Positions 37,356-47,584 of a stretch of 64,000 nt of DNA are shown piece after piece; positions within the stretch are counted from its first letter, which is position 1; every line of letters begins with the position of its first letter. The notes beneath the pieces are model-generated. The model worked only from the letters and a program-made list of their open reading frames with translations, was not told the origin of the DNA and searched no databases. Position numbers and translations under genes: made by a program. The DNA is taken from positions 1 to 64,000 of IMG/VR virus record IMGVR_UViG_3300024503_000015; one strand, written 5' to 3'.

Positions 37356-38044
37356 AATCCATACTTGGCTTTAGTGGCTGTGTATGTTGAACTAGTAATA
37401 CTAGTATCGATTGATAAATCGTTAAATTTTCCTTGATATCTTGCAGAAGTTACCATATATGTAGTATCAACTACACCAATACCAAAATATGTAAAGCCTG
37501 TATCGCTAACGTGTCTAACGCCACTACCGATATTCTGTGTCACTGCTGTTTCATTATTTAGGCTCATACCAATAGTTGTAGTTGAGTTGTCAAAATACAG
37601 GTAGACGTGATTCCAAGCATTTAGGTTTACGCTGCCGGTAGATGTAATTGCCTGCAATGCCGACATACCCCAAAATCTTCCCTTTAACTTGTTAGAACTA
37701 TCAATCTCTAACATAGAATAGTGCCAATTGGTATTTTCCGCTGCCTGTCCTACCTCGTCTAGTACAATTACATTATTAAGAGCAGGATAGAACCACAGAT
37801 TAATGTTAAGTGTTGCGGAATTACCAAATGCGTTAGATATCAAATACTCTGTTCCAGTTAGAGTATGTACCGACCCAGTGGTAGTATCTGGGAAGGTATA
37901 TGCTCCGTAGGTAGTTGTAACAGCATTGGTTGAACCCCAATTCTGTGAAGCACTATTATATAAAAACGAACCTTGAGGTGTTATTGGCCCTGGAGGAGCA
38001 ATAACACCACGCCCTACCACTGACATTATTTGTGTTACTGGCAT
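37352..38044 (-). CDS. LamG/concanavalin-A-like domain virion protein
   Basis: INLWFYP, LNAWNHVYL, terminal YTATKAKYGF. Confidence 0.65.
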   Translation of the reverse strand: MPVTQIMSVVGRGVIAPPGPITPQGSFLYNSASQNWGSTNAVTTTYGAYTFPDTTTGSVHTLTGTEYLISNAFGNSATLNINLWFYPALNNVIVLDEVGQAAENTNWHYSMLEIDSSNKLKGRFWGMSALQAITSTGSVNLNAWNHVYLYFDNSTTTIGMSLNNETAVTQNIGSGVRHVSDTGFTYFGIGVVDTTYMVTSARYQGKFNDLSIDTSITSSTYTATKAKYGF

Positions 38045-38045
38045 C

Positions 38046-41000
38046 TTAGTCCTCGTTTGTGATGTCGTTGCCAGTTAGCAACCAACCGTTACTGCTAATC
38101 TTCATCAGTGTAGCAGTCTGTATGCCTTGGAAACTCCAAGTGCTTGGGTTTTGATTTCCATTAGTACTCCAAATCTGAGGAGCATTAGGATCCCCATAAC
38201 TCTCTGGTTGTACATAAATTTTATATGCGTTTCCTGTGATACTGTTTGTGTTGATCAGTGTAATCACTGTGCCTACTGGGAATGGAACATTGTCATTGCG
38301 AGGGACTGTGATGTACAAGGTTTGAACATAAGTGACATTAGGTATAGTTTGATTAATAATAAATCTACCGCGGTCACTTAACTGTAATGTATAATTCCAA
38401 CTGCTGTTTGGATTAAATCCTGTACTTGGAGGAATGTCGCTAGGGTTATGATCCAGCACATTACCATCAGCAAAGGTAATAGATTCTACACCAACTATAC
38501 CATTTGGTATTTCGTTTAAGTTAACAACTCGTTCTTGGAATCTCCATTGTGATAGTGCGAGTCCAGTAACCTCAATATCTGTTGATGCTGAACTGGTTTT
38601 TGCTTCGATGCCAAGAGCTAATAGGTCATTTGTAGCCCAGTCAGTTTCTGCGTTCCATACCTGATCAGCGTGTGTCTTGATTTCCCAAACATTGTTAACA
38701 GGTGTAAATTCATCTGTGGTATCCATGGTGAACATCACAGCGTTGGTATAGTTGGTGCTAAACAAGTTAGAATAACCAACTAGAGTTGCCTGCCCTTTAC
38801 CTAGTATAAAGTTATCATAAGGTTCACCATTGTATTCAAGGTTTATGCTTTCACCACCGGTGTAGTGCATACTTCTGCCCCAAACTGGCTGTAGGCTTGA
38901 AGTAAACTTGTTTAACATAAAAACACCGTACGGACCAATCCAAATAGCACCGCCTGATCCGCCAACATAGACCTGCTCATTACCGTCAAGGTCTATTTCT
39001 AGTTTTACCTTAGGAGCCAAGCCCCACAAGCCTGTTGCCCCTATACGACTCTGTAGTGCGCCAGTATAATCTAGTTTGGTCAGTGTGCCTTGATTGTAGT
39101 TGGTTGTAACATATATACTGCCGTCTACTGAGCTGACTGCTAGACTGCGAACTCCGTTTCCGTCTGCTAGAATTCCTTTGAGCCAACCAGTTGAACCGTT
39201 GGTGTTTAACTTCCAAATAAAACTATGGTTGGTAGGTGTACCATCTATGTAGCCGCCAACCAATACACCACTAGCAGGAACTTCTGCTACAGTATAGGCT
39301 GTACCGCTTCCATAGTTAATTGCTGGATCTAAGTAGCGTGTCCATCCGCTGGTCCATACCCAAGGGCGAGTAGCCAAGTGTCTTGAAATAGTAAATGTGC
39401 CGCCAGTAAAGTCAACACTACCGTAACCCATAGCAAATCCCATATCAATGCGTATGGTTTTTCTAGAAGCAACTCCAGCCGGCGAACTACCAGGGCCAAC
39501 TAGAGCATCTCCTGACACTTGAGCAAGGAATGTTAAATCATTACCATTGGCAGTATAGAAAGTGGCCACGCTTAGATTAATGTCTGAACTGTCAATGGTA
39601 ACAGCCCAGTTATCACCACTGCTGACAATGCTTATAACGTCGTGTGTGCCTGCGTTGTAGGACACAGTATATGATGCCCAGTTTAGTTGATCGTACAGAT
39701 CAGGATATGTTGCCTTGTCGAAGTATGCTGTAATGTCGGCGCCCGGTGAAACTGAGTTTGGTGTTGCAGTCACAGTTGACATAGCATCAACACCGCCTAG
39801 TAGACTACCTGGTATCTTAAGTTCATCGTTGATAGCGTATCCACTACCTTGAGTAGTAACAGTGAGATCGTATGTTCCACCACCGTTATAACCTACAGTT
39901 ACTCTAGCAACTGCTCCAGCACCGCTACCTGTAACAGTGGTTATAGGTACGTCACGATACATGCCTACTCCAGTGGTTAGGAATTGATCACCAGTAATAC
40001 TAGTACCTGTCATGTACCAGTCACCGTTGGTTTCTGGGTAAATATTCTCTAACTTTGTCTGTGCTGATGGTAATTCAATAATGCCTACACCAGTGTTGCC
40101 TGTGGCTGTAATAGCACTGGAGACCAATGTTTCGCCCCAGGTTTTACCAACTACGACCCAACCAAGTGTTGAGTGGTATATCATGCTATTAGCACGAATA
40201 GTATTGTCTGGATCGTAGATGTCTGTGGTAGATTTAACTTCGCCAGTGGTGCTGTCTTGAACCACTAGTTTAAGATATAGAGTTGTTCTACCATTGTTGG
40301 TTTTTACTACCGAGGCCACTTCACCGTCGTGGTAAGCAATGGCCTGTGGTTCAAACCCTGTTATAACTGAGCCTTCGCTGTAGTTGCTCCAGATTAGATT
40401 GCCATCACGGCCATACTTGCTGATGATAGCATCAGCTCTCCAGCAATGTTCACCACCTACATAGTAGTCACCGTGTTCGTCAACAGCAATACAATCAAAT
40501 GTTAGGTCGCTGGTATTGCCGTCTGAAGTGACGTTGTTTCCATCACCGTAGACTGCGGCCCAGGTACTGCCCTTGCGATTGATGCGTAGGTTACTGCTTT
40601 CAACTGCGACATCGTTTTCACTGTGTAGGCGTACACCTGCTGGTGCTGTGCCTGCTTCTTTAGCAGAAACATAGTTGCTGTCAGTGCCTAAGAACAGTTC
40701 TATTTCACCGGTATGTCCTGACATGTGGATGTGTTTGCTGTCTATTACAGGACTGCCGCCACCGGCATAGATGTCCATATAATGACCCCAATCATTTGCG
40801 GCTGTAAGATCAGGTTTGATTCTTGCTTTCTTCTTCTCAGGTGCTGAATAATCGCTAGATGTTATTGTTACAGGATAACGAGGTAGTGTGTCGCTGCCAG
40901 TTACAGCATCACCGGACCAATCTATAGCGGTGTATAAGCCGTTGACTGTGACATTACTGATAGTTCTTACTTCACCTTGACGGAAAGTAATCGTGTCGCC

Positions 41001-43751
41001 CACTTCTACTCCAGTAACATCAGTGGTATAGAACCAATCTTGATTTCCGTTACCATCTGCTTCACCGCCTTGTCCGTTAAAGTAATCAGTGTAGACTGTG
41101 CGTTTAAAACCAGTGCCTGCACTACTGCCGTCACCTATTAGTTCAGCACCATTAATAAATCCACCGTTAGGTAATTGTAGGGAACCGTCATTCTTAAACA
41201 CCCACTCGTTGTTGTAGTTGCTACCATTACTGCTGGTATAAATGTGTACTTCGCCGTTGTTAACAGAACCTTGACCAGCACGAATGTTTACATCACCACC
41301 ATCCCCTGTTCCGCCGCTACCTTGGTTAGTACTACCTGCGTTAATATCAACAAATCCGCCTGCGCCATACCCCCACTGGACATCACCGCCTTCAATCTTT
41401 ACATATCCGCCTTCGGTGTGGGCGCCGCCTTCTGTACCTGCTTGTCCAACACCGCCACGGATTTTAATGTCACCGCCTGAGCCAACGTTGCCACTGGAGT
41501 TTTCACCGCCAGTACCGGCCCATAGATAAATGTCACCACCTTCACCGACAGCAGAATCTCCCCAACCGCCATAACCACGCTGACCTTGGATAATTAATCG
41601 TCTAGCACTTGGATTGTTACTATTAGGTGCCGGACCTGTAATAATAGTTTCACCTACTGTCGGGTCATTACCCATTTGTAGTGTTGGTCCATCTATAGTA
41701 TAACCTGGCTCGTAAGCAGTCATCTCTATAGCAGGTAATGCAATAGTACCATCGCTGTTTAGAGTGAACGAGTAAGAGCCATTAGTAAGACTACTACCAC
41801 TAGTTGTTGTCACGTATGAATCAATGTCGTTCATATACTCTGGTTCGCCTGGGCTACCAGTAAATGTATCTGTTAATGTCCAAGTGGCACCACCGTCGGT
41901 AGATACAAACATTTCTTCATCGTCGTTGCCAGCATAAAATTTACCGTTCGAATAGTGTAATGCGTCAATGTATTGTCCGTGACTAAATGTTAGTGTACCT
42001 GATACAAATGAGCCAAGCCCAGAAGAATCAAACGCTGTACCCATATTAGCATTCGTATATAAAAAATTGTTATTGTCAACATAGTATGTTCCGTTGTAGT
42101 CCGATGGAGTACAATTAGACAACACAATCTTTTCATTGGTTAAGGCAGTTTTAGTACCAAATGTAATAGTTGCCGTACTTGACTGGGTAATATCAAAATC
42201 TGTTGCTGTATATGGCTTAGGAATGCTTACAAACGGACCGTTTGGAATAGCAGGCCAGTATAGTATCTGACCGTCATTAGTAGACATCATAATTGTTGTG
42301 ATACCGTTGTAATCACCAAACACAACTTCTGATACATCCGGTTCGTAGTTTATTGTACTGACAAACATACTGCCTGTATCTGCAAGCGTAAATTCACTGA
42401 ATACCCCAGATGTTGGGTTTGCGTTGGAATTTTGATACCAAGCGTCTTGAGAACTACTATTAGTCTGCATTATATGCCAGCCAGTAAAGAATCCAGCGGC
42501 AGCATACGCTATTTTTGTAAACGATTGGTCTAATCCAAATCCACTGAAATCAATCCAGTTAGTCTGCCCCATTGATGTTGTAATATCTGTAGTGTAGAAC
42601 GCACCTAGGTTGTTATCGCTGGTAATTAGAAGGAATCCAGTGCCGTTGGTTTCAATGTCATAGAATGCCGCATTGGCTGTATATCCACTGCCACTATTAA
42701 ATGCGGCAAGGAAACCACTATCAAGAGACACAGGTGTCCAACTTGTTCCGTTAGAACTATATAGTATAACTGGTAGGTTATCAGTGTTGCTACCTACTGC
42801 TACAAATTTTTCAATGCTGGCAAAATATTTTACTTGATTAAAACTAAAACTGTCAAAACCAGTAACTTCAGTCACCGTTCCCGGAGTAGATGTTGATGCG
42901 TACCATAATGCTCCATTATTACCATTACTTACATCAACAGCGTTAGCAGTATATACAATCATATCAGGGCCAACAGCAACTCTGCCTACTCCAAGCATAT
43001 TAGTTGTATATTCTGTCCACGATAAGCCGTCGGAGGAAGTAAATGATCTGCCATCAGAGTTAACAGCAACATATAATGTTGAAGTACTACCACCACCACT
43101 TTGTCCAGTGTAGGCTGTTGTTTGTATTGTACCGTCTGGGAATGTTAGGCTACCGTCGTTGTTAAAACGCCAAGTTGAAGTATCTTCACCTGCTTTAATA
43201 GTTACACCATTGCCGCCGCTGACACGTAGAGCGTTACTATCCTCGCCCTCGTCTTGATCAATGTAACCATAACTGAACCAAATTTGGCCGCCGTCTGGCA
43301 TATCTATATTAGGTCCATTTAGTACAAACTCATTATCACCGCTGGTTAATCTGTCTCCGCTTCCACTACCGCCGCCAATTTCACTAGTGGCATCTGAATC
43401 TTCCGGATCTTCTGCTTCGTTTTCTTCTCCTGGATTAATAACTTTTGTGGCGACAAACTTCCCGCCGACGTTAGTAAGTTTAATATTATCAAGATAGATA
43501 CTGCCGCCTGCGGTATAAACGTGACGCCATTGTTTTGTTGGACTACCTAGGTCGTAGGTGTTATCTGCGCTAGGAATAATGTTAGTGGATGGATCATAAA
43601 TGCTTGGTAACAATGACCATATAGTTGAACCATCACCAATTTTTAAAATATTGTTAGTGGTGTCATATCCCGGTTCACCTTGCGCCAGTACTGGATCTTC
43701 TAATGCCCAGTTAGCCGCTGTGTCTCTTCTTAATTTAATCTGCGTTGCCAT
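38046..43751 (-). CDS. long tail fibre / receptor-binding protein (1901 aa)
   Basis: N-terminal QIKLRRDTAANW..GEPGYDT..KIGDG, YDLGSPTKQW, BNR-like SxDGxxW repeats, GGDxxIxxG repeats, second propeller-like region. Confidence 0.85.
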   Translation of the reverse strand: MATQIKLRRDTAANWALEDPVLAQGEPGYDTTNNILKIGDGSTIWSLLPSIYDPSTNIIPSADNTYDLGSPTKQWRHVYTAGGSIYLDNIKLTNVGGKFVATKVINPGEENEAEDPEDSDATSEIGGGSGSGDRLTSGDNEFVLNGPNIDMPDGGQIWFSYGYIDQDEGEDSNALRVSGGNGVTIKAGEDTSTWRFNNDGSLTFPDGTIQTTAYTGQSGGGSTSTLYVAVNSDGRSFTSSDGLSWTEYTTNMLGVGRVAVGPDMIVYTANAVDVSNGNNGALWYASTSTPGTVTEVTGFDSFSFNQVKYFASIEKFVAVGSNTDNLPVILYSSNGTSWTPVSLDSGFLAAFNSGSGYTANAAFYDIETNGTGFLLITSDNNLGAFYTTDITTSMGQTNWIDFSGFGLDQSFTKIAYAAAGFFTGWHIMQTNSSSQDAWYQNSNANPTSGVFSEFTLADTGSMFVSTINYEPDVSEVVFGDYNGITTIMMSTNDGQILYWPAIPNGPFVSIPKPYTATDFDITQSSTATITFGTKTALTNEKIVLSNCTPSDYNGTYYVDNNNFLYTNANMGTAFDSSGLGSFVSGTLTFSHGQYIDALHYSNGKFYAGNDDEEMFVSTDGGATWTLTDTFTGSPGEPEYMNDIDSYVTTTSGSSLTNGSYSFTLNSDGTIALPAIEMTAYEPGYTIDGPTLQMGNDPTVGETIITGPAPNSNNPSARRLIIQGQRGYGGWGDSAVGEGGDIYLWAGTGGENSSGNVGSGGDIKIRGGVGQAGTEGGAHTEGGYVKIEGGDVQWGYGAGGFVDINAGSTNQGSGGTGDGGDVNIRAGQGSVNNGEVHIYTSSNGSNYNNEWVFKNDGSLQLPNGGFINGAELIGDGSSAGTGFKRTVYTDYFNGQGGEADGNGNQDWFYTTDVTGVEVGDTITFRQGEVRTISNVTVNGLYTAIDWSGDAVTGSDTLPRYPVTITSSDYSAPEKKKARIKPDLTAANDWGHYMDIYAGGGSPVIDSKHIHMSGHTGEIELFLGTDSNYVSAKEAGTAPAGVRLHSENDVAVESSNLRINRKGSTWAAVYGDGNNVTSDGNTSDLTFDCIAVDEHGDYYVGGEHCWRADAIISKYGRDGNLIWSNYSEGSVITGFEPQAIAYHDGEVASVVKTNNGRTTLYLKLVVQDSTTGEVKSTTDIYDPDNTIRANSMIYHSTLGWVVVGKTWGETLVSSAITATGNTGVGIIELPSAQTKLENIYPETNGDWYMTGTSITGDQFLTTGVGMYRDVPITTVTGSGAGAVARVTVGYNGGGTYDLTVTTQGSGYAINDELKIPGSLLGGVDAMSTVTATPNSVSPGADITAYFDKATYPDLYDQLNWASYTVSYNAGTHDVISIVSSGDNWAVTIDSSDINLSVATFYTANGNDLTFLAQVSGDALVGPGSSPAGVASRKTIRIDMGFAMGYGSVDFTGGTFTISRHLATRPWVWTSGWTRYLDPAINYGSGTAYTVAEVPASGVLVGGYIDGTPTNHSFIWKLNTNGSTGWLKGILADGNGVRSLAVSSVDGSIYVTTNYNQGTLTKLDYTGALQSRIGATGLWGLAPKVKLEIDLDGNEQVYVGGSGGAIWIGPYGVFMLNKFTSSLQPVWGRSMHYTGGESINLEYNGEPYDNFILGKGQATLVGYSNLFSTNYTNAVMFTMDTTDEFTPVNNVWEIKTHADQVWNAETDWATNDLLALGIEAKTSSASTDIEVTGLALSQWRFQERVVNLNEIPNGIVGVESITFADGNVLDHNPSDIPPSTGFNPNSSWNYTLQLSDRGRFIINQTIPNVTYVQTLYITVPRNDNVPFPVGTVITLINTNSITGNAYKIYVQPESYGDPNAPQIWSTNGNQNPSTWSFQGIQTATLMKISSNGWLLTGNDITNED

Positions 43752-43763
43752 TGTTAATCCTCA

Positions 43764-44042
43764 TTAATATGTTGTTGCGGCATTTCCGCCATCAATCAAA
43801 ACTGTCAAATTTAACTTATTGTCTTCGTCTACGTATGTGGCTGTTATACCGTTGTGTGTACCATTAGTAAACATTGCTGCCGCATAATCTTGGGCTAATT
43901 CTTGTAATTCAGCCGCAGAACCTTGCCCTGCTAGAACATATAATTCTTCAAAATTTTGATTGGTTTTGTTAAAGGCATCGCGTAAAGTATCGCCGTCTTT
44001 GGCGTTTAACGCTGTTCCGATGTTAATTGTTTGTATGGCCAT
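43764..44042 (-). CDS. short baseplate/fibre connector with T4 gp9/gp10-like N-terminus
   Basis: INIGTALNAKDGDTLRDAFNKTNQNFEELY. Confidence 0.7.
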   Translation of the reverse strand: MAIQTINIGTALNAKDGDTLRDAFNKTNQNFEELYVLAGQGSAAELQELAQDYAAAMFTNGTHNGITATYVDEDNKLNLTVLIDGGNAATTY

Positions 44043-44070
44043 AATTTCGTCCCAATAAGCTCGCTTCCAG

Positions 44071-44091
44071 TATTTATCGCTACGATAAATA
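44071..44091. promoter_or_regulatory. inverted-repeat divergent late promoter pair
   Basis: TATTTATCG-CTA-CGATAAATA perfect 9-bp inverted repeat. Confidence 0.7.
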
Positions 44092-44098
44092 TATTACT

Positions 44099-45706
44099 AT
44101 GCCAAGATTAAGCCTTTACAAACCCGAAAAATCGCAGGATTACAAGTTTTTTGACCGCACAGTCTACGAGATGTTTCAAGTAGGCGGTGTAGACGTCTAC
44201 GTACACAAATACATAGGCACAGACGACGGTTCTGTGGTCAAAGATCATACACAAATTCAGGATCTACTGTTCCTAGAAAACAGAGATAGAAAATACAGCG
44301 ACGATATCTACACACTTCGCGGGCACTATCAGGTACAGGACATTGATTTTAACCTCAGTCAATTTGGGCTTTTCTTAAGCAACGATACAATTTTTATGAC
44401 TGTTCACATCAATAATAGTGTGGACTTACTAGGTCGTAAAATCATGGCGGGAGATGTTATAGAACTACCCAACTTAAAAGACGAGCATGCCATGAACGAC
44501 TATGCCACTGCTTTGAAACGCTTTTATGTAGTAGAAGAAGTTAATCGTGCCGCAGAAGGTTTTTCAGCCACTTGGTATCCGCACTTGTATCGTGTAAAAT
44601 TAAAGAGCATAGTAGACAGTCAAGAATACAAAGATCTGCTGGATCGTCCAACAGAGTCTGACAATTATGCTGGGGAGTGGAGCCCTAATATGAACTACTA
44701 TCCTGGGCAGGTGGTAAAATACAAAGGCACGCTCTACGAAGTAACGCAGGAAGTTGTGGGCAATATTCCTGGATTAACTGAAACTACGATCGAACCCACA
44801 GTTACAGATGCCTGGGCAGACTATTATACAGTCAGCACCACCGATACTCTTAGAGATCTAATGAGTACCTATGAAAAAGAAAAGGCAATTAATGATGCAG
44901 TTGTAGCAGAAGCAGAAGCAGATGCTAAGAAAAGTGGCTACGAAACTAGTCATTTTTATACAGTTAAAGTTGATCAAAGTACTGGCACAGTTGATTTAAC
45001 GTTGGTAACATCTGATACTGATATTTCCGTAGATACAAATGTAAGTTCTAGTCCTTTACCTTTAAAAGATGGTTACACTGGATACCTATTAGGCGACGGT
45101 ATTGCTCCTAACGGTCCAATAGTCGACACTACTGATATCACTATTCCAGAAGGACAGGTAGATGCACAGTTTGGATTTGGTATACAGTTCCCGAGTACTG
45201 CCAGCACTGGCGATGTATTTTTAAGAACAGACTTTTTACCTAATCGCATGTTTAGATACGATGGTCGAAGATGGGTCAAACAAGAAGATAATGTACGTAT
45301 GACTATGAGCAACAGTGACGATACACGTCAGACACAGCGTACTGGATTTGTTAATAATACTCAGAAGTCAGGAATTAATCAATTGGCCACCGATGTTGTT
45401 TATATCGACTTGCTTGGAGATCCAATTTGGGAAAGCGGCAGTATCACACAAGATTTACAAATTACAACAACGTCTGTGTTTATTCAGACCAACGTTGCAT
45501 ACAATAAAAACTATCTAGTCGAAGTATGGTTAGATGAACAGAGTAAAGCAACAAAGATTACTACATCCGAAGTCAGCGGTGCATTAGCATTCACTATCGG
45601 ACACCCTGTACAGGATAATTCTGTAATTAGATATACAATCTATGACAAGGTAGTAACACAAAGACAGAGCCTTAGTAAGGCTCTTAGACCACAGGCGGAC
45701 AACTAA
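44099..45706 (+). CDS. neck protein (T4 gp14-like) with insertions
   Basis: DLLFLENRDRKY, LSQFGLFL, GDVIELP; CBM-like insert WSPNMNYYPGQVVKYKGTLYEV. Confidence 0.7.
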   Translation: MPRLSLYKPEKSQDYKFFDRTVYEMFQVGGVDVYVHKYIGTDDGSVVKDHTQIQDLLFLENRDRKYSDDIYTLRGHYQVQDIDFNLSQFGLFLSNDTIFMTVHINNSVDLLGRKIMAGDVIELPNLKDEHAMNDYATALKRFYVVEEVNRAAEGFSATWYPHLYRVKLKSIVDSQEYKDLLDRPTESDNYAGEWSPNMNYYPGQVVKYKGTLYEVTQEVVGNIPGLTETTIEPTVTDAWADYYTVSTTDTLRDLMSTYEKEKAINDAVVAEAEADAKKSGYETSHFYTVKVDQSTGTVDLTLVTSDTDISVDTNVSSSPLPLKDGYTGYLLGDGIAPNGPIVDTTDITIPEGQVDAQFGFGIQFPSTASTGDVFLRTDFLPNRMFRYDGRRWVKQEDNVRMTMSNSDDTRQTQRTGFVNNTQKSGINQLATDVVYIDLLGDPIWESGSITQDLQITTTSVFIQTNVAYNKNYLVEVWLDEQSKATKITTSEVSGALAFTIGHPVQDNSVIRYTIYDKVVTQRQSLSKALRPQADN

Positions 45707-47136
45707 TGCAATGGTTTTATGACGGCCAAATAAGGCGATATATTGGACAGGTAATCCGTATGTTAAGCGGATTTAAGTATCAAACAGGTGACGGAAAACA
45801 AATTACCGTGCCTGTAATCTACGGCGATATGACTCGTCAAGTAGGTCAAGTAATCAAAGACAATTCAGAAAATAAACTGCCCAGCGCACCTCGTATAGCA
45901 GTCTACATTACTGGCTTGGCTATGGATAAAACTCGCTTAGGTGATAGTACTTTTGTTAGCAAAGTGCATATTCGTGAACGAGAATATGACGATGTCACGG
46001 GCGAATATACTGCTAAACAAGGTAATAATTTTACTGTTGAGCGACTAATGCCAACACCATATAAGCTCACTCTTAAAGCAGATATATGGACTACAAACAC
46101 AGATATGAAACTGCAAATTATGGAGCAGATTCTAATGTTGTTTAATCCAAGTTTAGAAATACAAACAACAGATAACTTCCTAGACTGGACTAGTTTAAGT
46201 GTTGTAGAACTAACAGATATCACCTTTAGTTCTAGAAGTATTCCTGTAGGTGCTGAAACAGAAATTGATGTAGGCAGTTTAACGTTTGAAACTCCTATAT
46301 GGATCAGTGCTCCTACTAAAGTTAAGAAATTAGGTGTAGTAACAGATGTATTAATGAATATCTTTGATGCTACAGGTAATTTAACACCAGATTTTGTCAG
46401 CGGCAAGCCAGCGGCAGTAGAATTTAATAACGTTGCGGGCTACGGTATATTAGTTTATAACAATAAATTAAGTTTATTAAAGGGCAGAGAACCTTTATTA
46501 ATCGACGATGCTGCCGATTCGGTGTTTACTAAAATAGGTGCAGATATAAGTTGGAATTTTATATTTGAACAGTACCCTGGTAAATTTAGAACAGGTGTTA
46601 GTCAAGTGTTTTTAATTCAAGACGACGGTAATCAGATAGTGGGCACTCTCAGCGAAGACGCAGACGATAGTACAATATTACACGTTAATTGGGACCAAGA
46701 TACATTCCCAACTAACACACTGATAGCCAATGCTAATAATTCTGTTCTTAGAGGATCTGTAGATGCTATTGTTGACCCAACAAGATTCAATCCACGTCCA
46801 AGATTACCAGGTGGCGCATTAGATTGGCCCGACATGACCAATGGTCCTATTAGATACATTATTTTAGAAAGCATAGGCGACACTATTAATGATGATGGAC
46901 CAGACGGGTGGAAAAATCAAGACGGCACAGACTTCTATGCCGAAGCAAACAGTATTATAGAATGGGCAGGTACACACTGGGAAGTAGTATTAGACCCTGC
47001 GGATCCTGACCTAGTAGGCACACCTGTATATATTACCAATCTTAGAACCGGTATACAATACAAATTCTTAGACGGAGAATGGACAAAATCATTCGAAGGC
47101 GAATATCGAAAAGGGCACTGGCGTTTGATATTCTAA
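45706..47136 (+). CDS. gp15: tail sheath stabiliser/terminator (T4 gp15-like), extended
   Basis: FYDGQIRRY, VPVIYGD, PTPYKL, QIMEQILMLFNPS. Confidence 0.8.
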   Translation: MQWFYDGQIRRYIGQVIRMLSGFKYQTGDGKQITVPVIYGDMTRQVGQVIKDNSENKLPSAPRIAVYITGLAMDKTRLGDSTFVSKVHIREREYDDVTGEYTAKQGNNFTVERLMPTPYKLTLKADIWTTNTDMKLQIMEQILMLFNPSLEIQTTDNFLDWTSLSVVELTDITFSSRSIPVGAETEIDVGSLTFETPIWISAPTKVKKLGVVTDVLMNIFDATGNLTPDFVSGKPAAVEFNNVAGYGILVYNNKLSLLKGREPLLIDDAADSVFTKIGADISWNFIFEQYPGKFRTGVSQVFLIQDDGNQIVGTLSEDADDSTILHVNWDQDTFPTNTLIANANNSVLRGSVDAIVDPTRFNPRPRLPGGALDWPDMTNGPIRYIILESIGDTINDDGPDGWKNQDGTDFYAEANSIIEWAGTHWEVVLDPADPDLVGTPVYITNLRTGIQYKFLDGEWTKSFEGEYRKGHWRLIF

Positions 47137-47149
47137 ACTAAGTAAGTGC

Positions 47150-47584
47150 ATGAAAGAACAGATAGTCTGCTCTGGCGCACTTTTCTATGCCAAAAACACT
47201 AAACGATTCCTACTGCTACAAAAAGCAGAAGGCAAACACGCGGGCACATGGGGGTTAGTTGGCGGCACTAACGTCGAAGGCGAAACTGCATGGCAAGGGC
47301 TTCAACGAGAAATCGAAGAAGAAATTGGTTCTGTTCCAAAAATAATCAAAACAATTCCTATAGAAACGTTTGTTAGTAATGACAGCGTTTTTAATTTCCA
47401 CACCTACCTTTGTGTTATAGAACAAGAATTTATTCCTGTACTAAGCAAAGAGCACAATGGATGGGCATGGTCAACTGTAGATAGTTCTCCTAAACCTTTA
47501 CATCAAGGTTTGCGTAGCAGTTTTAGCAACAAAACTATCAGAACAAAATTACAAACTATTTTTGATATTGTAGAGTTAATTTAA
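47150..47584 (+). CDS. Nudix hydrolase
   Basis: Nudix box GGTNVEGETAWQGLQREIEEEIG. Confidence 0.9.
   Translation: MKEQIVCSGALFYAKNTKRFLLLQKAEGKHAGTWGLVGGTNVEGETAWQGLQREIEEEIGSVPKIIKTIPIETFVSNDSVFNFHTYLCVIEQEFIPVLSKEHNGWAWSTVDSSPKPLHQGLRSSFSNKTIRTKLQTIFDIVELI

Noticed and set aside
38046-43751. Diversity-generating retroelement target
   Set aside because: No reverse transcriptase or template/variable repeat pair was seen in the window.
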